Source of the DNA: Planctomyces sp. SH-PL14
GTDB lineage: Bacteria > Planctomycetota > Planctomycetia > Planctomycetales > Planctomycetaceae
Length of the DNA stretch: 64,000 nt
Reading direction: 5' to 3'
NCBI RefSeq assembly: GCF_001610835.1
Contig: NZ_CP011270.1
Span: forward strand, 7,871,256 to 7,935,255
The translations under genes were made by a program, and so were the position numbers. Numbering within the stretch: the first letter of the stretch is position 1; the number at the start of each line of letters is the position of its first letter. The notes under the pieces were generated by a model, which saw nothing but the letters and a program-made list of their open reading frames with translations, searched no databases and was not told where the DNA came from. Below, in pieces: positions 53,225 to 61,454 of this stretch.

Positions 53225-54149
53225 TGCGGGTGCCCAGCGCCCACCAGACCGGGACGTGGATCGTGTCCGAGACGAACCTCACGGCGCCGTCGCACAGGAG
53301 CAGGTTCACCCCTCCGGCGTGATGGCTGGAGGCGGCTCTCCAGTAACTGGTCTCGAAGGGATATCCTCGGTAACCCGATGGCGTGTTCGGTGGGAGGAGA
53401 TGCCCGTAACCCGAGCTGGCCGTCCTCCAGTACACTCGCCTGTCGTGCCGTGCCGGATGCGGGTCGAAACGCTGCTGCGGGTCACGGCACGCCGCGATGT
53501 AGTCCGCGTCCTGTTCCGGTCCGAAGACCGACTTCAGATTCCAGACGCACCGGACGGGGTCGGCCTGGCAGGCCGCGATCCCGGCTTCGTCGGTGGTCGG
53601 AAAGACAGGAAAGTGCAGGCTGGCGCGGCGCTCGGAAAAGAATGCCGTCGATGAGAGACCGTCGGTGACCTCATTCCAGGAGACTCCCCGGTCCATCGCG
53701 GGCCCGGATTGGAAGATTCCCTCTCCGCAGTGGAGACAACTTCCACCTGCCACCAGGTAACTGTACGGTCCGGATGACTCGACCGGGTCATGCAGCCGAT
53801 CCACGGGGCAAAGCAGGATGGGGTGCCATTTGCCAAAGTCACGGTCCGATGCTCCGGCATCAAACCAGTCCCGCAGACCGAGGTAGGGGAACAGTCGGTA
53901 CAGCATCTGGTAACCGGGCAGGAATCCGTACGTGTCGTGATACTGCTGCCCCGCCAGACCGATCTGCCGCAAGTGGTTCGAGCACTCCATCCGCATCGCG
54001 GCCATCCGGGACTGCTGCACTGCGGGGAGAACGAGCGCCAGCAGCAGGCCCAGAATCCCGGCCGCCACCAGGATCTCAATAACGGTGACGCCGCGGCTCG
54101 CGCGATGCGTGCTGCACGCCGCCCGTGGGATTCGCCGCGGTCGCCACAT
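53196..54149 (-). CDS. DUF1559 'H-X9-DG' protein with prepilin-type N-terminal cleavage/methylation domain (Planctomycetes hallmark family)
   Basis: N-terminus MWRPRRIPRAACSTHRASRG|VTVIEILVAAGILGLLLALVLPAVQQSRMAAMRMECSNHLRQIGLAGQQYHD and C-terminal HAGGVNLLLCDGAVRFVSDTI. The 791-aa ORF containing it is Arg-rich upstream and judged non-coding. Confidence 0.85.
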   Translation of the reverse strand: MWRPRRIPRAACSTHRASRGVTVIEILVAAGILGLLLALVLPAVQQSRMAAMRMECSNHLRQIGLAGQQYHDTYGFLPGYQMLYRLFPYLGLRDWFDAGASDRDFGKWHPILLCPVDRLHDPVESSGPYSYLVAGGSCLHCGEGIFQSGPAMDRGVSWNEVTDGLSSTAFFSERRASLHFPVFPTTDEAGIAACQADPVRCVWNLKSVFGPEQDADYIAACRDPQQRFDPHPARHDRRVYWRTASSGYGHLLPPNTPSGYRGYPFETSYWRAASSHHAGGVNLLLCDGAVRFVSDTIHVPVWWALGTRSGNDVVGDD

Positions 54150-54536
54150 GGAACTGGCCCCCATGCTGGTCGGATGCTCTCGGCCGCCTGACATCCGGTC
54201 CCGCGGCATTTTCGAGTGCCCCGTCCCAGTTCGCAATCGCGACGCGAGTCCCCGCCTGCGGCCCCCGTAGACATCCGGAGTTCCCGAGGCTGGTCCGCGG
54301 GAGACGTTATTGATCGTCAGGGGGAGAGTGCGGCAAGACGTTTGGCGAACTCGGACTTCGCCGACTTGCGCGGATCTTCTTCTGGGGGACCAGCGACTTG
54401 CCGGGCCCTCGACCCGCTGGTTGTCGGCCTCAAATATGGCCAGTAGGATGACACCCGAGATGCGATGTCGGTGCGGGATGGTCCGACAAACGCAGACGGG
54501 CGGGTAACAACAGCTCCATGGCGGCCTTAAGGGAGG

Positions 54537-55076
54537 GTGGAAGCGATGTTGTGGTGGATTCTCGGCGGAATCGTGGTGGCGTTCGTCCTGCTCTACGTCA
54601 TCAGCAGCTGGTCGATGGCCAAGGATCAGGAGCGTTTCGAACGGGACGGCGACCTGGCGAAGTGCTGGATCTCCAGTGCGGGGGACGACCTCTACGTCGT
54701 GCACAACGTCTCGGGCGCCGGCGATGCCCGCGTCGTCTTTCTGCTGGATGACCTCCCCAAGAAGAACGCGGTCCTGAAAGAGATCACGGAGCGGCTGACG
54801 AACGGAGAGAAGGAGGACGACTCCATCGACTCCGGGAGCGTCAACATGTTCTTCGAGAAGATCAACAGCCAGACGTACCTCGACCCGCCGGTCCGCATGC
54901 CGAAGTGGCTTGTCGGAGACCGCAAGGCCTACACCGGAATGATGCAGGTCTACTGGAAGAAGCTGCCCGAGAAGAAGCTGACGAAGTCCTACGTCTACGG
55001 ACGATTCCTCCTGGGTGAGAAGGGTGGCATCCGGCACGTCCCCTATCCGGAGAACAGCGCCAAGGGTGATGGCTGA
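54537..55076 (+). CDS. Hypothetical membrane-anchored protein
   Basis: 179-aa ORF, N-terminal TM MLWWILGGIVVAFVLLYVI. Lies on the strand opposite the spurious extension of the DUF1559 ORF. Confidence 0.45.
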   Translation: MEAMLWWILGGIVVAFVLLYVISSWSMAKDQERFERDGDLAKCWISSAGDDLYVVHNVSGAGDARVVFLLDDLPKKNAVLKEITERLTNGEKEDDSIDSGSVNMFFEKINSQTYLDPPVRMPKWLVGDRKAYTGMMQVYWKKLPEKKLTKSYVYGRFLLGEKGGIRHVPYPENSAKGDG

Positions 55077-55306
55077 GTCGACATGGCCTCTTTCGCCTCT
55101 CGGGCGGGAGATGCGTCTGATGTCGCCCGGAGGCCTCGTCCGGCTCAGGCCCTCTCCCTTCGACGGCGAGCGTGTGGCACGGCCGTTCTGCTTTGGGCCA
55201 GCAAGGACGGTGCGTCGGGCGAGTGGGAGAGGAGGACGGCGATGTTCTCGGGGTGGATGCGGCGTACCATGTCCTCTCCCCTGGACGAGAGGACGCCCCC
55301 AGCCCC

Positions 55307-55780
55307 ATGAACAGTCCGATCCTTTCCCCGCTGCAGTTGGGCGACGGCGACCTCTTTGGCATGGCGTTGCTGGAGCCCGGGCTGACGTCCGACCTCTCGA
55401 CATGGACCGTGACGATTCATAAGCACGGGCTGCTGACCCAGACTGTCCTGGTGCGTCAGCCCCCCAGGTATGACGACCAGCTCGTCGTGCTGCGGCAGTC
55501 CGTTCCCCGGGAACGAATTGATGGATTGAAACAGATCGTACTGGAAGAGGACCTGCTGACCTTCGGCGCATTCCCCACTCTGTACGCCACCGATCAGGAG
55601 CAGACGCGGCTCGTGATCCATCTTTTCGGCCAGAGGGTCACGATCGATGCCTACGGTCCCTATTTCACGGTCGAATGCGGCGGGAGTGACGAGGACAAGG
55701 CGAAGGCGCGACGGTACTGCAGGTTGTGGGAAGCCATACTCGAGCTGACTCCGTTCACGCCCTATGGCGGTCTGCGATGA
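55307..55780 (+). CDS. Hypothetical protein
   Basis: 157 aa from the internal ATG (MNSPILSPLQ...). No motif recognised. Confidence 0.4.
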   Translation: MNSPILSPLQLGDGDLFGMALLEPGLTSDLSTWTVTIHKHGLLTQTVLVRQPPRYDDQLVVLRQSVPRERIDGLKQIVLEEDLLTFGAFPTLYATDQEQTRLVIHLFGQRVTIDAYGPYFTVECGGSDEDKAKARRYCRLWEAILELTPFTPYGGLR

Positions 55781-55963
55781 CGCGACCGGTCCCGTGGTAG
55801 CTGTTCACCCGCCAGGGCCCGCTTCACGAACGCGCCTCAGAACGGTGTCGGCGGGGTGGCATGGCCGCTGCCTTGCGCGGTCATGTTGTTGGGAACAGAA
55901 GGGAGCGGCATACTCCTCCATGCTCGTGCAGAGCCACGGGGATGCCACCCGGCCGGAGGTCGA

Positions 55964-56695
55964 ATGTCCGAGTTGTTGTGGAATGCTCCCGTGAGCGCCG
56001 AAAAAATGGCCGAGGTCTTCGAGACGCTGGAGCTCCGCCCTGGCCAGTCCGTGCTCGATGTCGGATGCGGCAGCGGCGAAGTCCTGATCCGGCTCCGCGA
56101 GCGGTCTCCCCTTCGCGGCCTCGGGATCGATCTCTCCGCCGAACGGATCCGCGAAGCTCGGCAGCGGGCGGATGGCCGGGTCGACGCCGGGGAGGTCCGC
56201 TTCCTGGAAGCGGATGCCCGAACGCTCGAGATCGATCCCGCTTCGGTCGACCTCGCCCTGTGCCTCGGCTCGACCCACGCCTTCGAACTCGGCGACGGTG
56301 CGTACGCGGCGGCCCTCCGACGGTTGCGACGGTGGGTCATCCCGGGCGGTCTCCTGCTCGTGGGCGAACCCTATCTGGAGCGTCCCGCCGCGCCGGAGTA
56401 TCGAGCAATCCTCGGCGCGTTTCCGCCCGACGACCGGACGCACGCCTCCAACATCGCGATCGCGAGAGACATGGGGCTCATTCCGCTCGCTGCCTGGACC
56501 GCCAACCTCGACGAGTGGGACCATTTCGAATGGGGGCATCAGCGGACCATCGAGCGTCTCGCGGCCAAGGGGCCGCCCACTCCGGAGACCACCGCCCTGC
56601 TCGAACGCCGCCGCCGGTGGATGGACGCCTACCTCCAATGGGGACGCCGGACCCTGGGTTACGGCACCTATCTCTTCCGCCAGCCCTCCGAATGA
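55964..56695 (+). CDS. Class I SAM-dependent methyltransferase
   Basis: Motif I VLDVGCGSGEV, a post-I acidic residue, motif II/III (...ALCLGSTHAF...GGLLLVGEP). Confidence 0.8.
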   Translation: MSELLWNAPVSAEKMAEVFETLELRPGQSVLDVGCGSGEVLIRLRERSPLRGLGIDLSAERIREARQRADGRVDAGEVRFLEADARTLEIDPASVDLALCLGSTHAFELGDGAYAAALRRLRRWVIPGGLLLVGEPYLERPAAPEYRAILGAFPPDDRTHASNIAIARDMGLIPLAAWTANLDEWDHFEWGHQRTIERLAAKGPPTPETTALLERRRRWMDAYLQWGRRTLGYGTYLFRQPSE

Positions 56696-56892
56696 CCGCG
56701 AGGGGATTGCCACCTCCCCTTGGCGTTGGCCGGACTCCGTCCGCGTTGACAGGATCGGTCCCGCCGGGGGCTACTGCTCGTGTTTTGACGAGCGGCGCCG
56801 TTACCAGCCGTTGATGAGAGTACGCCGACTTCCCCGGACGGGAACGCCGTTCCGGCTCGGCGAGCGAGCCGTGATCGGTGTGGGTTGGTGAG

Positions 56893-57033
56893 GGGGTATG
56901 CGACACGTGGTCCGCGCTTGCGCACACAAGGCTTCCGGCGGTGTCCGACCAGACAAGCCTCCGGCGGGCAAGGGGCCAAGAAAACAACGCCGCCCTCCCT
57001 TGCATCCCCCACCAGGGTAGCCCCTGGACCCGG
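56893..57033 (+). repeat. Dispersed repeat copy F (right half)
   Basis: GGGGGTATGCGACACGTGGTCCGCGCTTGCGCACACAAGGCTTCCGGCGGTGTCCGACCAGACAAGCCTCCGGCGGGCAAGGGGCCAAGAAAACAACGCCGCCCTCCCTTGCATCCCCCACCAGGGTAGCCCCTGGACCCGG aligns with the right half of copy B. Confidence 0.75.
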
Positions 57034-57219
57034 TGGAATAGGTGCCGCGCTAGCGCGAGCGATCTCGCGGTGGGGGCCACGCCACGGAGGCTTTGCGGAG
57101 GGGCGTGGAGACTGTCCAAGCCGTCACGGGCGGATGGCGTGGACACCGCTTCAGGCAGCCATATTGTTGGGAACGGGAGATCCACGCGAAGGCCACTCTG
57201 TCGCCCGCGGGACGCGCGA

Positions 57220-58623
57220 TCACTCGCTCCGCGTCGGAGGAAGGCGATCGAAGGTCGTCATCTGGAAAGCGGCCCACCCCGTGCACCACTGCCGGTCGAC
57301 GTCGCTCGCGGAATAAGCCTGCAGCGTCCACAGCAGCATCGGATTCGCCGGGTCGACACAGGTGGCCGAGTAGTGACTCAGGTTGACTGAGGACACACCC
57401 GCATACCGGTAAGCCGTCGTCCCCGGCAGCGCGGAGACCGGCTTGCGCATCGAGCCGGGGGGATCGGTCGCCCCGTGCATCATCACGTACACCGACGGGA
57501 ACTCGGTCTTCGAGGTCGCGGTGCAGCCGATGCCGACGTTCCCCCGGCTGTCGACGGCAATCGAAGGGTGGATGAAGTCGCGGTCGGGTGAATCGACGAA
57601 GCCTTCCTGGATCAGGGCTCCGTCGCGGATCCGGACTCCGTACCACAGGATCCCCGGCCGGGAGTCGCGGGCCCGCTTGGCCCCGTTGCAGCCGTAGACG
57701 CTGCCGTTGCGGACGAAGGCGCTGTCGATCCTCCGCCCCCCTCCTCCGGCGCGGATGCTCGGCCCCGGCGGAGGCTGGACCGCCTCCATGAGCGGCGTCC
57801 TGTTGTCCGGAGTCAGGTATGTCGAGGCAAGCGGAACGACATGCGCGTCCGAGACGCTCGCCTTGGTTCCCGACCACGTGATCTTGTAGAGAACGAGACG
57901 GCCGCAGGTGCCGTCGATGAACTCGTTGGCGAGCAGGACCGCGGGCGCGTCGGCCGGTTTGTCGGGGTCGGGATCGAAGGCCGGCATGGAGCTGAACTGC
58001 AGCCCCGGGAAGGCCTGGCCGCGAGTCAGGACCGGCCCGCCGGCGGCAATGGCGTCCGCCTTGGGCAAGACGTAGGCGTCGGTCCCCTTTTGAAAGTCGG
58101 CGTCGCCGTTGCAGGAACAGACGTAGAGCCCGTTCCGGTCGATTCCCATCCGCATGTAGGGGTTGATCCGCGGCAGGGGGAGCTTCGCGCCGCGCCAGGG
58201 TTGCAGGGGATCGGAACTCGTCGACACGGCGAGGAAGCAATCGGGCTCGGTGGTCCCGGCCGCGCAGGCGAACCAGCGTTCGGAGAGCGGATCGTAGAGG
58301 AGGCGGGCGTCGTTCGCGTTCTGGACGGGAACGAGCGTTCCGGCCGGCTCGACCTGCTGCCAGAACTCGCGCGTGGTCAACCTGCGCCGCACTTCGCCCG
58401 ACCGCTTGTCATGCACGACGAAGCCGGCGACGTCGAAGTCGACAACATGCTGCGGCCCGACCGCCCCGGCAACGTCGATGGACGCCTTCCAGCCGGGACC
58501 CTGGTTGCCGGAAAACGCATGAACCACCGCGACATCATCCCCCTGGACCGGAATCGCGCTCACAAACGCGGCCAGCGGGAGACAAAGACACATCACGACG
58601 GATCGCATGCCACACCTGCTCAA
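57220..58623 (-). CDS. Secreted hypothetical protein (signal peptide; possible beta-propeller/sialidase-like fold)
   Basis: 467 aa, N-terminal MRSVVMCLCLPLAAFVSAIPVQG. No catalytic motif recognised. Confidence 0.5.
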   Translation of the reverse strand: MSRCGMRSVVMCLCLPLAAFVSAIPVQGDDVAVVHAFSGNQGPGWKASIDVAGAVGPQHVVDFDVAGFVVHDKRSGEVRRRLTTREFWQQVEPAGTLVPVQNANDARLLYDPLSERWFACAAGTTEPDCFLAVSTSSDPLQPWRGAKLPLPRINPYMRMGIDRNGLYVCSCNGDADFQKGTDAYVLPKADAIAAGGPVLTRGQAFPGLQFSSMPAFDPDPDKPADAPAVLLANEFIDGTCGRLVLYKITWSGTKASVSDAHVVPLASTYLTPDNRTPLMEAVQPPPGPSIRAGGGGRRIDSAFVRNGSVYGCNGAKRARDSRPGILWYGVRIRDGALIQEGFVDSPDRDFIHPSIAVDSRGNVGIGCTATSKTEFPSVYVMMHGATDPPGSMRKPVSALPGTTAYRYAGVSSVNLSHYSATCVDPANPMLLWTLQAYSASDVDRQWCTGWAAFQMTTFDRLPPTRSE

Positions 58624-58675
58624 TGAGCGAGATCCACCTTGGACTCCCCCTCCCTGCCGGGATCAGTGCGGTTGG

Positions 58676-58824
58676 TGAGGGGCATCCGGCATGTCGTTCG
58701 CGTTTGGACACTCACTCCTTCAGACATGCCTCGACGGCCAAAGCCTTCGGCCGGCAAGGGGGACTGTGTTGTTTCTTTGGCCCCCTTGCATCCCCCACCA
58801 GGGCACCTGCCCTGGATCCGGGGA
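58676..58824 (+). repeat. Dispersed repeat copy G (right half; stem-loop loop sequence inverted relative to other copies)
   Basis: GAGGGGCATCCGGCATGTCGTTCGCGTTTGGACACTCACTCCTTCAGACATGCCTCGACGGCCAAAGCCTTCGGCCGGCAAGGGGGACTGTGTTGTTTCTTTGGCCCCCTTGCATCCCCCACCAGGGCACCTGCCCTGGATCCGGGG. Confidence 0.75.
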
Positions 58825-58840
58825 TGAGATGCACCCCGCG

Positions 58841-61075
58841 TTAGCGCGGGCGGTCCCGCGGAAACTGCTCGCCGGCCAGGGCCCGCTTCACGAAGGCGCC
58901 CCAGAACGGCGTTGGCGTGTAGTCCCATCCCGTCAGCATCACCGGCGACGCACCCGGATGGAACGAGAACGCCGTCCAGTGCAGGCCGTGCTGCTGCATG
59001 AAGCCCAGCATGTCCGGAGCCCACGTGTACGGGTCCTCCTGGTTCTCCAGCGGAATGAAGTCCATCTTCTTGATGTCGCAGCCCACCTCCCCGACCAGCA
59101 CCGGATGCTTCGCCGCGACGACGAGCACCTTCTCCTTCCAGTTCGACTTCCACGGATAGATGTGCGTCGAATAGATGAGGCCGTTCCCGCCCCGCTCGTC
59201 GAGCTCAAACCCCTTCGCAATCCCCGACAGGTCGTACGCCCAGTCGAGGCCCCCGGGGACGACGATGTTCTTCGCCCCGGTCTCGCGGACGGCATCGATC
59301 AGCTTCTGCATCCCGACCGACTGAAACCCCTTCGCGTTCTTGGCCTTCTCCTCGGGTGAGAGGAACGCGTCCTCATCGGCCGGCTTCTCCTTCTCGGCGA
59401 TGAACCCGCCGTCCCGCCACACCTCCCACGACATCCCATGCGGCTCGTTGAACAGATCGAAGAGGACCGCCGGATGGTTCTTGTACTTCGTCGCGGCGGC
59501 GGTCCAGAACTCGACGTGCTCCGCCTTCGGTGCGCGGAAGCGGTGCAGATCGAGCAGCACGTACGCCCCGCGGTTGGCGACCATCGTGATCGCGTCGTCC
59601 ACCAGCTTGCGGTACGCCGCCCCGCCGTCCGCCTGCTCCGGCTCGCGGCCGAACCAGTAGCTCTCCTTCACCGGGAGCCGGATGATCGTGCTCTTCCAGT
59701 CGTCGACCGCGACCTGGCACGACTTCAGGACGTGGTCGCCCCGCAGCAGGAACTCGAGGCTGACGACGTTCACCCCCTGCAGGACCACCGGTTTGCCGTC
59801 GGGCGTCAGGACCTTGTTCCCTTCGACGTGCAGCTCCGGCGGCCACTTGGCGCTGTTCGGCTCCTCGGCCGGCACGTTCGCCAGCCGCTCCTCTTCCGCC
59901 CGCCTGGCCGCCGCGGCGATCAGCGGGGCGGCGTCCGTTGGACGGACGGCGATGTCGTCGAGGTCGAGCGTCCCCTTCTCCACCTGGAACAGCGACGGCA
60001 TGAACTCGAGCGTCACCGCCCCCTTGGGAATGAGAAACTTGGCGCTCTTATCGGTCCAGCCGCCAGAGTCCTTGCGGGCCGCCGGCGCGGCGGGGGACCC
60101 GGGCATCTGCTTTCCGGCCGCGTCTTTGAAGTGCATCATGATCCGCGCGTCGAACCACGGCATCTTGCCCGGCTTCAGATCGCTGACCCGCTGCCGCCAT
60201 GTCAGCTCGACCGCCTCGACGTCGGCCGGGACGTCGATCAGCCGGTAGAGCATGACCGTCTCCCCGGGCTGCGAGGACTTCAGGCGGACGAAGTGGTTCT
60301 TCGCGTCCCCTTCCCCTTCGGTCTCCCAGGTGCCGTTCTTCGGCAGTCCCCAGTCGTCCGGTTTGCCGTCCTGTTTCTTCGCGTCGGTCTCGAAGCCGCC
60401 GTTCGTGACGAGCGAGCCGGTGGCGGCAAGGAGCTTGGCGGCCTTTCCGCTCCGCGCCGCGGCGTCGCGAGCCTGCTTGGCGGCGCGAGCGTCTGCGGCC
60501 GCTTTGGCCTCCGCCTCGATGGGGGCGGGATCGACGTTCCGCAGGGCCACGTCGTCGAGGTCGAGGGTTCCGGACTCGACTTCGAGCAGCGCGGGCATGA
60601 GTTCGAGCGTCTTGGCCTCGGCGGGGATGAGGAAGTGGATACTCCGTTCGACCCAGCCTTCGGTGCTTTTGCGGACGAACGGGGCTCCGGGGGCGCCGGG
60701 GAGTTTCTTGCCGGAGGCGTCGAGGAGGCCGAGCATGATGCGGGCGTCGTGGTGCGACTGTTTGCCCGTTTTCAGGTCGCTGACGCGCCACCGCCAGGAG
60801 AGCTCGACCGCGCGGGCGTCCGGCGGGAGGGGCTGGAGCTGGTAGTGCAGGACTGTTTGGCCGGCTTTGTCCGAGTGGAGGCGGAGGAAGTGGTTGTCGT
60901 TCTCCGTTTCCCAGGTCCCGCCCGACTTCAGCTTTCCCCAGCGATCCGGCCAGTGATCGCTGTCGGCGTCGGTCTCGAAGGTGCCGTTGGCGATCAGGTT
61001 GTCGGCGGCGGCGATCCGACCGGAGGCCAGCAGGACGAGGGCGATGAGGAGGGAGAGGAGGTGACGAAGTGGCAT
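58841..61075 (-). CDS. Secreted glycoside hydrolase family 5 (cellulase-family) enzyme with two tandem N-terminal CBM-like beta-sandwich modules
   Basis: Signal peptide. Two ~200-aa homologous modules (NGTFETDADSDHWPDRWGKL...TLDLDDVALRNVD and NGGFETDAKKQDGKPDDWGLP...TLDLDDIAVRPTD). The GH5 core carries LFDLFNEPHG (acid/base NEP) and LVGEVGCD (nucleophile). Confidence 0.8.
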   Translation of the reverse strand: MPLRHLLSLLIALVLLASGRIAAADNLIANGTFETDADSDHWPDRWGKLKSGGTWETENDNHFLRLHSDKAGQTVLHYQLQPLPPDARAVELSWRWRVSDLKTGKQSHHDARIMLGLLDASGKKLPGAPGAPFVRKSTEGWVERSIHFLIPAEAKTLELMPALLEVESGTLDLDDVALRNVDPAPIEAEAKAAADARAAKQARDAAARSGKAAKLLAATGSLVTNGGFETDAKKQDGKPDDWGLPKNGTWETEGEGDAKNHFVRLKSSQPGETVMLYRLIDVPADVEAVELTWRQRVSDLKPGKMPWFDARIMMHFKDAAGKQMPGSPAAPAARKDSGGWTDKSAKFLIPKGAVTLEFMPSLFQVEKGTLDLDDIAVRPTDAAPLIAAAARRAEEERLANVPAEEPNSAKWPPELHVEGNKVLTPDGKPVVLQGVNVVSLEFLLRGDHVLKSCQVAVDDWKSTIIRLPVKESYWFGREPEQADGGAAYRKLVDDAITMVANRGAYVLLDLHRFRAPKAEHVEFWTAAATKYKNHPAVLFDLFNEPHGMSWEVWRDGGFIAEKEKPADEDAFLSPEEKAKNAKGFQSVGMQKLIDAVRETGAKNIVVPGGLDWAYDLSGIAKGFELDERGGNGLIYSTHIYPWKSNWKEKVLVVAAKHPVLVGEVGCDIKKMDFIPLENQEDPYTWAPDMLGFMQQHGLHWTAFSFHPGASPVMLTGWDYTPTPFWGAFVKRALAGEQFPRDRPR

Positions 61076-61165
61076 GGGTGATCCGAACGCGAGCGTAGCG
61101 CCAAGTGGAGTCAGAGCGATTCTAACGAAATGAATTCCACCAAAGTGATGAACGCGATCCTCTCA

Positions 61166-61425
61166 CCGGGTCCAGGGGTACCCTGGTGGGGGATACATGG
61201 GGGCCTGTCCGCCGGGCACTGCCGGAAGCCTTGTGTGTCCAGACGCGGACGCTGCGTCGTATGCCCCCACATCAACCCGCGGGGGTTGCGCGTGGAGCGG
61301 TGAGTTCTGAACGCCGGTACCACAAAGGGACGTCCGTTGTGTCCCACGGTTCCGCGAGGGAAGTGCCTCCGGCGGCAAGGGGGCGAGGCCCCCTTGACCC
61401 CGGCTGCCGTGGCACGTTGGGTTTG
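61166..61425 (-). repeat. Dispersed repeat, full-length copy H (inverted orientation)
   Basis: Its reverse complement aligns end-to-end with 10986-11270, including both termini and the internal ...CACAAAGGGACGTCCGTTGTGTCCCACGGTTCC... core. Confidence 0.8.
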
Positions 61426-61454
61426 AAGTAACACCGTCGTGCCGGCAAGGATGC

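Noticed and set aside
53196-55571. N-terminal 470 codons of the long ORF containing the DUF1559 gene, and nested ORF 53534..54274
   Set aside because: Only the final 317 codons carry the DUF1559 architecture with a proper prepilin-type N-terminus. The rest is Arg/Pro-rich and conflicts with plus-strand genes.
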